Positions 9,599 to 18,732 of a stretch of 64,000 nt of DNA are shown piece after piece. Location: contig PKTK01000001.1 of the NCBI GenBank assembly GCA_002869165.1, forward strand, positions 446,005 to 510,004, in the 5' to 3' direction. Each line of letters begins with the position of its first letter. Positions within the stretch are counted from its first letter, which is position 1. The stretch is from Candidatus Parcubacteria bacterium. GTDB lineage: Bacteria; Patescibacteriota; Patescibacteriia; Patescibacteriales; UBA12075. The translations under genes and the position numbers were made by a program. The notes below the pieces were generated by a model. The model made no database searches. It saw only the letters and a list, made by a program, of their open reading frames with translations, and had not been told where the DNA came from.

Positions 9599-9753
9599 AT
9601 ATTATTTAACATCAATATTTAAATATCAATATTTATCTTTTCAATAAAACTTATAATACACAATATTTCAAAATAGGTCAATACTGTGGATAAAAAGACA
9701 TTTTATATTCAAAAACCATTCATATCACCAAAAACACCTTGTTTTAGAGGGGC

Positions 9754-9781
9754 TTGACAATACTATATGTTGTGGTAAAAT
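9754..9781 (+). promoter_or_regulatory. sigma70-like promoter with extended -10
   Basis: TTGACA (9754-9759), 16-nt spacer, TGgTAAAAT (9773-9781); no ORF before the terminator at 10004-10040. Confidence 0.4.
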
Positions 9782-10003
9782 AGATAATATAATACAAGAT
9801 ATAGTATTTCCAAAAATAAAACTTTGCTTTAATTACGCCCTTAGTATTGTACTTGAGACGGTTGCTAAATTACTAATACACATGTGATTTTCACGTATTA
9901 CGATGTTTAGCCCATCTTAGGTATAATTCTGGGGGTGTATTTTTTACTAAAAACTAATAAAGTGTTAAACAATTTTTTTCTTATTTATAGTTATTACAAA
10001 ATT

Positions 10004-10040
10004 AAAACAGGCGCTTATTTTAAGATCGCCTGTTTTTTGT
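10004..10040. terminator. bidirectional rho-independent terminator
   Basis: aaaacaggcg-13 nt-cgcctgtttt with T-runs on both strands; closes the promoter-defined plus transcript and the minus zinc-ribbon ORF. Confidence 0.7.
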
Positions 10041-10041
10041 T

Positions 10042-10173
10042 TTAATTTCTTTTTTGTCCTGCCCCACCGCAAACACAACAATCATTGTCTGATTTTCCCG
10101 TCCCCTTACAATGAGCACATTTGACAACTACCTTTTCTTATAATTTAAACTTAGGCATTTTATTGCTTGTCAT
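10042..10173 (-). CDS. small zinc-ribbon protein (CxxCxGxG x2) interrupted by in-frame TAA
   Basis: SD aggaag 7 nt before ATG 10173; MTSNKMPKFKL[TAA 10138-10140]EKVVVKCAHCKGTGKSDNDCCVCGGAGQKRN; the zinc-finger part has no start codon of its own. Confidence 0.4.
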
Positions 10174-10202
10174 GACAAACTTCCTACTTAGTGTTTTAAA
10201 TT

Positions 10203-10442
10203 TCACCGGATAAAAATTGAAAAGTAAAAATACATAACACATGATATTAAAAATATTTTTCCACAAAAAATCCCTTTACTTAGCAACCCACCGACTTCTT
10301 CTTCAAAATAATAGTCCTCTATAAACAAAGGTGAAATAATTACTCTTATAAATGCTATGAAAAAAAGATAGACAAATAATACTAATGTGTAAGTAAGTAA
10401 CATCAAAAAGACTGACAATGTGATTTGAAATACAGCCTCCAT
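10203..10442 (-). CDS. hypothetical small membrane protein
   Basis: Strong SD aaggaggg before ATG; two hydrophobic helices. Confidence 0.45.
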   Translation of the reverse strand: MEAVFQITLSVFLMLLTYTLVLFVYLFFIAFIRVIISPLFIEDYYFEEEVGGLLSKGIFCGKIFLISCVMYFYFSIFIR

Positions 10443-10633
10443 TTCTACCCTCCTTTTTTAAAAGATCTTTCATTTTTATTATCACAAAAATAGTTTTTAA
10501 TCAAGTATTAATTGTAAATTTGTATTTATTGTTAATATTTTAAAATAAAAAGATTAAATTTAATCCTTTTTATTAAATTAGTAATTACAATTCAGTAACA
10601 TCTCAGGGCAGGTTCTCATCTGCTAGTCACACA

Positions 10634-10660
10634 AAACAAAAAACGCCTCTTCGAGACGTC
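10634..10660 (-). terminator. terminator after tRNA-Lys
   Basis: Minus strand cgtctc-gaa-gaggcg hairpin followed by ttttttgtttt. Confidence 0.55.
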
Positions 10661-10669
10661 TTTTTTTTG

Positions 10670-10742
10670 TGCGCCCACCAGGATTCGAACCTGGGACCTT
10701 CTCCTTAAAAGGGAGCTGCTCTACCAGCTGAGCTATAGGCGC
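10670..10742 (-). tRNA. tRNA-Lys (anticodon UUU)
   Basis: Manual cloverleaf: acceptor gcgccta/tgggcgc, D arm gctc-agctggta-gagc, anticodon loop cTTTTaa, T arm ccagg-ttcgaat-cctgg; no encoded CCA. Confidence 0.9.
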
Positions 10743-10765
10743 TTTAAATCTATGATATTTATTTT

Positions 10766-10797
10766 TGTCATTTCGTAGCGAAGCGGAGAAATCCCTT
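10766..10797. repeat. GTCAT-hairpin element, single arm
   Basis: tgtcATTTCgtagcgaagcggaGAAATccctt; internal 5-bp stem around GCGAAGC. Confidence 0.65.
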
Positions 10798-11008
10798 AAA
10801 CACTACAAAATCATAAAACAAAAAAACATCAAAAGTATTAAAATTTTATTTAATAATAGCTAAAATTAAAACAAACTGCCCTAACGGCAGAAGTTGCATT
10901 ATTAATATAACAAATAAATTAAATTTTGTAAAGAGTTTAAAAATAGTGGAAAAATAGTGGAAAAATAAGCTAATTCCAAGCTTGTCTTAAGCTAAAAACT
11001 CCTGTACT

Positions 11009-12406
11009 ATGAGTAATATGTCTAACCAAATATTAGAAAAATTACCACCCCAGAACCTAGAAGCTGAACAGCATTTTCTAGGCTCTATTTTGCTTGACAA
11101 GGATGCTATCATCAAAGTCGGTGACATGATCAGACCTGATGATTTTTATGACTCAAAACACAGGTTGCTTTATGAAATAATGATTGAATTATATTCAAAA
11201 CATGAACCAATTGATGTTGTTAGTATTAGTAATCTCTTAAAAGAAAAAAACAAGCTTGAACAAGTCGGTGGTAGAACTTATCTTGCCAAACTATCAAATG
11301 TTGCTATTACTCCTACTAGCATAGTTAACTATGCTCATATTATCCAAAAAAAGGCTACTCTGAGACGTCTACTAAAAGCTGCTTCAGAAATAACAGAACT
11401 AGGGCAAAAAGAAGATGAGGAAGTTGATGCACTACTAGACAACGCTTAAAGAAAACTTTTTTCCGTTTCTCATAATTACTTAAAAGAATCCTTTACCCCA
11501 GTTGACACACTTCTAAATGATGCCTTTGAAAGAATTGATGAATTACATAAAATGAGCGGAAAACTCAGGGGTATCCCAACTGGATTCGGTGATTTGGACA
11601 ATCTTCTAACAGGATTACAGAAATCTGACTTGATCATCCTGGCTGCTAGACCATCTGTAGGTAAAACATCGTTTGCCCTAGATATAGCCAGACAAGCAGC
11701 CGTAACACACAAAGCAGCTGTAGGAATATTTTCACTTGAAATGAGTAAGGAACAGCTAGTTGATCGTATGCTTTGCGCTCAATCAAATGTTAGTCTATGG
11801 AAAATGAGATCTGGTAAGCTATCTGACTCTGACGCCAATAATGACTTTGCCAAAATTGCTGAAGGTATGGGACATCTTTCTGAGGCACCTATATACATCG
11901 ACGACTCCCCTAACTGCTCAGTAATGGAGATTCGAACTAAAGCTAGGAGATTAAAGGCTGAAAAAAATCTTGATTTGCTAATAATTGACTACCTCCAACT
12001 CATGGAAGGTCGTGGTAAACATTCTGACAATCGTGTTCAAGAAGTAGCTGAAATTTCTAGTGGTCTCAAGGGTATTGCTCGTGAATTAAATATCCCAGTT
12101 ATTGCCCTCTCACAGCTTTCTCGTGCAGTTGAACAAACCAAACCAGCTATCCCAAAGCTTGCTCATCTTAGAGACTCTGGTTCTATTGAACAAGATGCTG
12201 ATGTAGTTATGTTTATTTATAGAAAATCCGCTGACAGGAACTACAACAAAGAAGAATTATCAGCCGAAGAAAAGAACGCTGGTGAAATCCATGTTGCCAA
12301 ACACAGAAATGGTCCAACCGGAAAAGTAAATCTATTCTTTGATGAAGTAACCGTTAGTTATAAAAACATGGCTAGAGTTGATTACCAAGAGCCACCTCAA
12401 CAATAA
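11009..12406 (+). CDS. dnaB: replicative DNA helicase DnaB, single in-frame TAA at 11447-11449
   Basis: ORFs 11009..11449 and 11552..12406 are in one frame; N-terminal domain (PPQNLEAEQHFLGSILLD), linker, Walker A ARPSVGKTSF, IDYLQLM, SQLSR; total 465 codons, as expected for DnaB. Confidence 0.9.
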
Positions 12407-12506
12407 TAAGTAAATAACAATAATATAATTTAATATCGAAACTCTAATCTGCCCTATAAATTATTATTCGTAAATTCGTACAGATTCGTATTTTCGTAAC
12501 CCTACT

Positions 12507-12782
12507 ATGTTCAACAAACTAAAACAAGTAAAAGACCTAAGAAACCAAGCTAAAACCATGCAAGATGCCCTATCAAACGAGTCAGTAACTCTAGATAAAG
12601 GTGGAATCACCCTAAGCATGGATGGAAACATGAAAATAACAAGTCTTAAAATAGAAGATGATGTTAAAAAAGAAAAAATAGAAAAAATAGTTCCTGATCT
12701 AGCAAATGATGCTACTAAAAAAATCCAAAAAATCATGGCTCAGAAAATGCAAGAAATGGGAGGACTACAAGGACTGTTCTAG
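12507..12782 (+). CDS. ybaB: YbaB/EbfC family nucleoid-associated protein
   Basis: ~90 aa, MFNKLKQVKDLRNQAKTMQDAL...; directly upstream of recR as in the conserved ybaB-recR pair. Confidence 0.8.
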   Translation: MFNKLKQVKDLRNQAKTMQDALSNESVTLDKGGITLSMDGNMKITSLKIEDDVKKEKIEKIVPDLANDATKKIQKIMAQKMQEMGGLQGLF

Positions 12783-12791
12783 TCCTGCCTT

Positions 12792-12903
12792 TGTCATCTC
12801 GCAGCGAAGCGGGGAGATCCCTTATACATTTTAATTTGTAATGGTGAAGCGATTTACCACAGGCACCTTGTCTCCAGTCGTTTCACTCCTTACGAAATGA
12901 CAA
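12792..12903. repeat. GTCAT-hairpin element
   Basis: Left arm tgtcATCTCgcagcgaagcgggGAGATccc, right arm ...cgtttcactccttacgaaatgacaa; abuts the recR 5' end. Confidence 0.8.
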
Positions 12904-12943
12904 ATATCTGAACTATCCAAATTCTATCCAAAATCTAATAGAC

Positions 12944-13510
12944 ATGCTCACCCGTCTCCCCGCAGTTGGCCCGAAAACTGCTGAGAGATACGTTTTTTGG
13001 TTTCTTCAGCAAAATAGCAACGATCTTCAGGAGTTCGCCCAAACCATTGCTGAACTCAAAGAAAATACCCTGATTTGCAAGTCATGTTTTGCTGTTAGCG
13101 ATACTAATCCTTGTGATATTTGCGTAGACAAAAAAAGAAACCATCAATTAATTTCAGTAGTTTCAAATACCAGAGACATGATTTCTATTGAGTCAACTAA
13201 GACTTATAACGGCATCTATTTAGTTCTAGGAGGCGTCCTAAATCCCATCAAAGGAATTGAACCTAAAAATCTAAAGGTAAAGGCGCTACTAGAAAAAATC
13301 AAAGAAAACAAAGCCACCGAAGTAATCCTCTGCCTAAACCCCAACATAGAAGGTGAAACCACATCCATCTACCTAGCCAAACAAATCAAAAATAACTTCC
13401 CCAAGGTAACTGTCACCAAATTGGCCAGAGGTTTAGCTATGGGAGCTGACCTTGAGTACGCTGACGAACAAACTCTAAACAATGCTCTGAAATTCAGAAA
13501 TAAAATATAA
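12944..13510 (+). CDS. recR: recombination protein RecR
   Basis: LPAVGPKTAERY helix-hairpin-helix, C4 zinc finger CKSC...CDIC, Toprim; the conserved N-terminus (NYPNSIQNLID) lies upstream of the track ATG, so the true start may be CTG 12908. Confidence 0.9.
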   Translation: MLTRLPAVGPKTAERYVFWFLQQNSNDLQEFAQTIAELKENTLICKSCFAVSDTNPCDICVDKKRNHQLISVVSNTRDMISIESTKTYNGIYLVLGGVLNPIKGIEPKNLKVKALLEKIKENKATEVILCLNPNIEGETTSIYLAKQIKNNFPKVTVTKLARGLAMGADLEYADEQTLNNALKFRNKI

Positions 13511-13552
13511 GATCCTTGTGCTACTAGTAGTCCCTAGTAGCTTTTAAATAAA

Positions 13553-13588
13553 ATACCACCGGCAAAAGCTGGTGGTATTTATTTTTTT
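13553..13588 (+). terminator. rho-independent terminator after recR
   Basis: ataccacc-ggcaaaagct-ggtggtat followed by ttatttttttt. Confidence 0.7.
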
Positions 13589-13677
13589 ATATGTGAGTAC
13601 AAATATTTTAATGTAAATATTCTTCCATTCTGTTTTTACTTATACCATCAATAAGACAATCATACTCCTTTTTGCTT

Positions 13678-13709
13678 CTTGGGTCGGTATATCAATATAT
13701 CGACCCAAG
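13678..13709. other. near-perfect 15-bp-stem palindrome
   Basis: cttgggtcggtatat-ca-atatatcgacccaag; no adjacent T-run. Confidence 0.5.
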
Positions 13710-13817
13710 CGCTTAAGCAAACTCTCTTTTTTTAGACGTTTTAGCTATACTTTAAGATATTAAAATGTCTTAGTATGATCTATAGTAGCTGCATAAAAGT
13801 GCTACAAAGAAAACCTC

Positions 13818-13851
13818 AAAATAAAAACGCACCTTTTTAAAAGATGCGTTA
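13818..13851 (-). terminator. terminator after the 242-aa gene
   Basis: Minus strand aacgca-tcttttaaaaagg-tgcgtt followed by tttattttg. Confidence 0.5.
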
Positions 13852-13873
13852 TATAAAACAGCAATCAGCTTTT

Positions 13874-14602
13874 TTATTCACCTAAGTAGGATTTTGCAAA
13901 AGCGATTTCAGATTCACCTAGGTGAGTCTCTCCCCAGTCTAAGTCTTGATCACTCATTATTTTTTTAGCAAGCAAGAAATCCTCTTCTATGTTTAAATAT
14001 GCTGAAATTTTTTTTGCGTCCTTAACAATTTCGAACACCCTCCACTCTCCATGGTATTTCAGGGACTCTAAAATCTTATCTTCTACTTCCACCATATCGG
14101 ACTCTTGAAAACTAGAACCCAATTCAGTAAGTTTGTTTTGAATTTTTTGATAACCTTCTTCAAGGCAATGATAAGTATTACTACCTTTACCATCGCATTT
14201 AAGAGTTAACCAATATGCTTCATTTTTTAGATCTGAAATTTTTACATTCTTAAATAATCTTTCCTTTTTTTCTTCTGAAAAACCAATATCAGTGTAGTTA
14301 AGATCATGCTCAAGTAACAAATTATCCAGATTGTTAAGGCTATTGTTAATATCACCATGACCATTCTCAAGTATTATTCCACGCAACATCTTTGAGGCCT
14401 CACTTTTTGCCTCATCGATGTCATTATAATGCGTATGATAGTACTTATTTTCGTCTGCTTCCTCTCCGATGATATCAGAAAAATATTTACTAATCCCTAC
14501 CTTAATTGGTTCATAAAAAACAAACCCAGAAACTATATTAAAACTAAGACTCACAATAAAAATTGCCCAAAAAATTTTAGAACTTTTCTTATCCTTTACC
14601 AT
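13874..14602 (-). CDS. hypothetical membrane-anchored protein
   Basis: N-terminal TM (IFWAIFIVSLSFNIVSGFVF), acidic soluble domain; no family recognised. Confidence 0.5.
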   Translation of the reverse strand: MVKDKKSSKIFWAIFIVSLSFNIVSGFVFYEPIKVGISKYFSDIIGEEADENKYYHTHYNDIDEAKSEASKMLRGIILENGHGDINNSLNNLDNLLLEHDLNYTDIGFSEEKKERLFKNVKISDLKNEAYWLTLKCDGKGSNTYHCLEEGYQKIQNKLTELGSSFQESDMVEVEDKILESLKYHGEWRVFEIVKDAKKISAYLNIEEDFLLAKKIMSDQDLDWGETHLGESEIAFAKSYLGE

Positions 14603-14658
14603 TGCAATTCTCCTTTTTATTAGAATTTATATATTTTAAGGTACAAAAATAACTAATT

Positions 14659-14687
14659 ATTTTAACATTTATTTAAATTTTTGTCAA
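14659..14687 (-). promoter_or_regulatory. sigma70-like promoter for 13874..14602
   Basis: Minus strand TTGACA (14687-14682), 17 nt, TAAAAT (14664-14659). Confidence 0.45.
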
Positions 14688-14896
14688 TAGCAATGGTAAT
14701 ACGTACTTATACGTCTCATTTTTTACCAAAAATAGTACTTTATGAATACATACTTTTTTATCATTTAATACAAATTTACTTACATAAATTAATAACATTA
14801 AAATAAAAAGGATATCAGGTATAGCCCAGGGACAGTTCTTTGTTTAAATAGAATTCAAATAAGCATTTGCTTATTACCCTGAATTATTATTAATTA

Positions 14897-14930
14897 ACAA
14901 AAAACCGGTTCAAGCTGAACCGGTTTTTTC
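14897..14930 (-). terminator. terminator after rplU (palindromic, bidirectional)
   Basis: aaccggttc-aagct-gaaccggtt flanked by A-run and T-run. Confidence 0.75.
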
Positions 14931-15245
14931 TTATTTGATGGAAATGATTTCTACTTTTGTAAAATGTTGTCTATGTCCTTTATTTCTTAGGTATCTAGTC
15001 TTGTTTTTATATTTTACAACATTGATTTTTTTGTCTTTAGCGTTTTCAAGTACTTTTGCCTCAACTTTTTCTCCTAGGCTTGGTTTACCGATTTGCACGT
15101 CTTTACCATCTGTTGAAGCTATTAGAAGTGTATCGAATTTTACTTTATCGCCTTCTTTTGTATCAAGTTTTTCAATTTTCAAACTTTCTTTTTCACGGAC
15201 TTTATACTGTTTTCCTCCAGTTTTAATGATTGCAATCTTGCTCAT
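14931..15245 (-). CDS. rplU: 50S ribosomal protein L21
   Basis: MSKIAIIKTGGKQYKV... L21 signature; track ORF extends to TTG 15263, likelier start ATG 15245. Confidence 0.9.
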   Translation of the reverse strand: MSKIAIIKTGGKQYKVREKESLKIEKLDTKEGDKVKFDTLLIASTDGKDVQIGKPSLGEKVEAKVLENAKDKKINVVKYKNKTRYLRNKGHRQHFTKVEIISIK

Positions 15246-15467
15246 ATATTTTTGCATTAACAAGTGAAACTATATAGTTTTACATTTAGACTTGTTAAAT
15301 TAGTTTTATAAACGAAAAAGGCCAGAGCCAGATAGGAGTTGCACTAGTAAGGCAAATTCATCCTAAATGTTGCGTATTACGCACTCATGACCTGTGTAAA
15401 TATACTAACTTAAAAGTTATTTTTTGTCAATGTTTTAGTATATATTTAACTAATATTAAATAAAAAA

Positions 15468-16607
15468 TTACTTTTTTGAAATAGCTCCTGCTATCGCCTT
15501 CACCGCATTTTTATCTGTAACTTTGGGTAAAATTTTATTTTTCGTAGGTTTTTTTACTGTATAAGCTAGAGCTGTAGCTGCGCTTATTTTCATTTTCTCA
15601 GTTACCTGCTTTACTCTCGCATCTAACAATCCTCTAAAAATACCAGGGAAAACTAAAGCATTATTTATTTGATTGGGAAAATCAGACCTACCAGTCCCTA
15701 CTACAGCAGCACCAGCATTGTAGGCCTCTTCAGGAAATATTTCTGGCTCAGGATTGGCCATGGCAAATATTATTGGATTATCATTCATTGACTGAATCAT
15801 TTTTTTATTTAGTTGCTTTGACTTTGAAACACCAATAAATACATCAGCACCAACCAAAGCATCCTCTTTCCAGCCTTTCATTTTCTTTCGATTGGTCTTT
15901 TTGGCTATCTCTTTTTTGTATTTATTTAGCTCTCGTCTGCCTCCATAGATTATTCCCTGAGAGTCACACAGGATAATATCTTTAACTCCAAAACTCATAA
16001 GCAATCTAGTAATAGAAATGCCAGCAGCTCCTGCCCCATTCACCACCACCTTAAGCTCTTTCATGACTTTTCCAGTAACTCGACAAGCATTGATAAGAGC
16101 GGCCATAGTTACAATAGCTGTTCCATCCTGGTCATCATGAAAAACTGGAATGTCCAATTCCTTTTCCAGTCTTTCCAATATATCAAAACACCTTGGTGCT
16201 GAAATGTCTTCTAGATTAATTCCCCCAAAACTTGGTTCAATTTGTTTTACAAACTTAATTATCTCATCAACGTCAGTTGTGTTTATTGCCAAAGGGATAG
16301 CATCTACATCTGCAAAATCCTTAAAAATAGCAGACTTACCTTCCATAACTGGCATCCCAGCTTCTGGTCCAATATTACCTAGACCAAGGATGGCTGTGCC
16401 ATCAGTTACAATCGCTACTTGATTGGCCCTATTGGTCAATTCCCAAGTCATTTTAGGTTTTTTGTGTATCTCCATACACACCGCCCCTACTCCTGGTGTA
16501 TAGGCCATGGATAGATCTTCGGGCGTTTTTAACGGAGCTTTAGATTTTATCTCAATTTTACCTCTATTTTTTTTATGCAAATCAATTGATTTCTTTTTTA
16601 TATCCAT
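15468..16607 (-). CDS. NAD(P)-dependent malic enzyme
   Basis: DLSMAYTPGVGAVC, dinucleotide fold VVNGAGAAGISI, ANPEPEI; track ORF starts at 16685, likelier start MDIKKKSIDLHKKNRGKIEI at 16607. Confidence 0.85.
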   Translation of the reverse strand: MDIKKKSIDLHKKNRGKIEIKSKAPLKTPEDLSMAYTPGVGAVCMEIHKKPKMTWELTNRANQVAIVTDGTAILGLGNIGPEAGMPVMEGKSAIFKDFADVDAIPLAINTTDVDEIIKFVKQIEPSFGGINLEDISAPRCFDILERLEKELDIPVFHDDQDGTAIVTMAALINACRVTGKVMKELKVVVNGAGAAGISITRLLMSFGVKDIILCDSQGIIYGGRRELNKYKKEIAKKTNRKKMKGWKEDALVGADVFIGVSKSKQLNKKMIQSMNDNPIIFAMANPEPEIFPEEAYNAGAAVVGTGRSDFPNQINNALVFPGIFRGLLDARVKQVTEKMKISAATALAYTVKKPTKNKILPKVTDKNAVKAIAGAISKK

Positions 16608-16794
16608 ATATTTTACTAACTCAATCTTGTTGTTTTTATTAATTCTTAGTAGTCTAATTATAGTACATATTTTTCTTTTTTTCAAAGCTTAAATTATTTT
16701 TAAATGTTTATTTACAAATTAAACATTTTTTGTTAATATATTTCAAAAGATTCGATACTTTATTATAAAAAAACCACTACAACAGGAGAGGAAA

Positions 16795-17337
16795 ATGGAA
16801 AAAAATTTTATTGTTATTGATGTTGAAGATGATGGGATTGTAATAAATTATAAAAAATGTTCTAGCAAAGACGATCTTTTAAACCATTTTATTGTATATT
16901 CAGATGAAGATTTGAAATTAATAATTTCTTTTTTTGTAGAGAATCTCCACTATTTGCCAATTTTTGCCTCAGAGGTATTAGATGAAATCGATAAAAAATT
17001 TCTACCTAAAAATGAAAATGAAATTAATTCAGTGGTAGATGTGTGTTTAGAAAGTAACCAGTTTGACAGCACAGATGGTACATCGATTGGGCATACTCCT
17101 TCTGAGCCCAAAAAAATTATTCATACGTATGAAAGAATTGGAATAGAAAAAGGTAAAATTGTCTTGGATGGAAGATCTTTTAATTCAACCAAGGAATATG
17201 AAAACTTTCTGGAAACCATGGATAAAAATGAAAAAGAAGCAATCAAAAAAGGACTTAAAAATTTCGAAAAAGGAATACAGCTACTGCTTGATGATCTTCA
17301 AGATTCAATAGATGAATTAGACTCATATAAGCACTAA
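16795..17337 (+). CDS. hypothetical acidic protein
   Basis: SD aggagagg before ATG; no family recognised. Confidence 0.5.
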   Translation: MEKNFIVIDVEDDGIVINYKKCSSKDDLLNHFIVYSDEDLKLIISFFVENLHYLPIFASEVLDEIDKKFLPKNENEINSVVDVCLESNQFDSTDGTSIGHTPSEPKKIIHTYERIGIEKGKIVLDGRSFNSTKEYENFLETMDKNEKEAIKKGLKNFEKGIQLLLDDLQDSIDELDSYKH

Positions 17338-17342
17338 ATTTA

Positions 17343-17379
17343 AAAAACTGCCTAACTCTATGGCAGTTTTTGTTTTTTT
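17343..17379. terminator. bidirectional terminator between convergent genes
   Basis: aactgcc-taactctat-ggcagtt flanked by A-run and T-run. Confidence 0.7.
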
Positions 17380-17381
17380 AA

Positions 17382-18584
17382 TCAAAGATATTTTCTTTTT
17401 TTCAACTCTTCAGGAAAATATTCCTGATCTTCTTTGTAGTCATAATCATGGCTATATTTATAACCATTACCATATCCTAAGTTTTTCATTAATTTGGTAG
17501 GCGCATTTCTAATATGCATAGGAACTGGAAGGTTGCCATATTCCTTGACATCACTTCTTGCTTTTTTAATCCCTGTGTATAACTTATTTGATTTGTCACT
17601 TTTAGCTAGATAAACTACAGCTTGCGCTAGTATCACATCACACTCAGGCATACCAATAAAATGACAAGCTTGATACGCTGCTACTGTCTGTTCAAGTGCT
17701 CGTGAATTTGCTAGGCCAATATCTTCTGAGGCTATCCTTATTAATCTTCGAGCAATGTAGAGTGGCTCCTCGCCTGCCTCCATCATCCTGGCTAACCAAT
17801 AAAGAGCGGCATCAGCATCTGAACCACGAATAGATTTGTGTAATGCTGAAATAATATTATAATGTTCTTCCCCATTCTTGTCATAATACAAATTAGACCT
17901 CTGGAAAGCCTCCTTTATCAGTTTCTCTGTTATACTCTTACTAACTGAGGAAGAATACTCCAAGATATTTAGTGCGGTCCTAGCATCTCCATTACTTAGT
18001 TTGGCAATTAAAGAAATATTTTCTTTAGAGATTTTAATTTTTAGACCTCCAAGACCCTTATCCTTATTAGATAAAGCTTTTTTCAATATCTCTTCTATGT
18101 GTATGCTACTAAGTTTTTCTAATACAAAAACTCGGCAGCGAGAAAGCAAAGCTCCTCGCACCTCAAAACTAGGATTCTCTGTAGTAGCACCAATCAAAAC
18201 AACCGTGCCTCTTTCAATAAAAGGAAGCAAGGCATCCTGTTGAGCCTTGTTCCATCTATGAATCTCATCTATAAAAAGAATCGTCTTCTTACCAAGACGT
18301 TTGTCCTGTTCGGCTATCTCCAAAATACTCATTAAGTCTTTTTTTCCAGATATAACAGCTGACATTTGTTTAAACTCAGAATCAGTCTGTTCTGCTATAA
18401 TGCTAGCTAAAGTAGTTTTACCTGTTCCTGGAGGTCCCCAAAAAATAATAGAAGGCAGGCTATCACTTTCAATAGCCTTTCTTAATATCTTGTTTTTCCC
18501 AACTATCTCTTCCTGCCCAAAAAAACCTGATAAATCAACAGGTCGCATCCGATCTGCTAATGGATTTTTGTTATAATTAGTCAT
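17382..18584 (-). CDS. rarA: replication-associated recombination protein A (RarA/MgsA AAA+ ATPase)
   Basis: Walker A GPPGTGKTT, Walker B LFIDEIHR, C-terminal MgsA block HYNIISALHKSIRGSD; likely start MTNYNK (18584). The track N-terminal extension runs into a repeat element. Confidence 0.9.
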   Translation of the reverse strand: MTNYNKNPLADRMRPVDLSGFFGQEEIVGKNKILRKAIESDSLPSIIFWGPPGTGKTTLASIIAEQTDSEFKQMSAVISGKKDLMSILEIAEQDKRLGKKTILFIDEIHRWNKAQQDALLPFIERGTVVLIGATTENPSFEVRGALLSRCRVFVLEKLSSIHIEEILKKALSNKDKGLGGLKIKISKENISLIAKLSNGDARTALNILEYSSSVSKSITEKLIKEAFQRSNLYYDKNGEEHYNIISALHKSIRGSDADAALYWLARMMEAGEEPLYIARRLIRIASEDIGLANSRALEQTVAAYQACHFIGMPECDVILAQAVVYLAKSDKSNKLYTGIKKARSDVKEYGNLPVPMHIRNAPTKLMKNLGYGNGYKYSHDYDYKEDQEYFPEELKKRKYL

Positions 18585-18643
18585 ATTCCCATTATAACCC
18601 TTAAAACGCCTAAGCTCAAACAAAAATGTCAAGCAAATAAAAA

Positions 18644-18719
18644 GTGCCATTCAGAGCAATGCGAATAATCTCGTTTTTTCTATTATTTACAAGATGCTTC
18701 GTTTTGTTCAAGATGACAC
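18644..18719. repeat. GTCAT-hairpin element (degenerate termini)
   Basis: gtgccattcagagcaatgcgaataatctcg ... agatgcttcgttttgttcaagatgacac. Confidence 0.7.
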
Positions 18720-18732
18720 CTAAAAAAGAATA

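Noticed and set aside
9685-9693. Perfect DnaA box TGTGGATAA, plus two near-boxes (tagtggaaaaa x2 at about 10945-10967) near dnaB, considered as a possible oriC.
   Set aside because: There is only one perfect box, with no cluster, no dnaA or dnaN nearby, and no clear AT-rich unwinding element distinguishable from the background. The evidence is insufficient.
15264-15467. Possible ribosomal-protein L21 leader RNA upstream of rplU.
   Set aside because: I could not identify conserved leader structure by eye. The only observation is a 200-bp gap, which needs a covariance-model scan.
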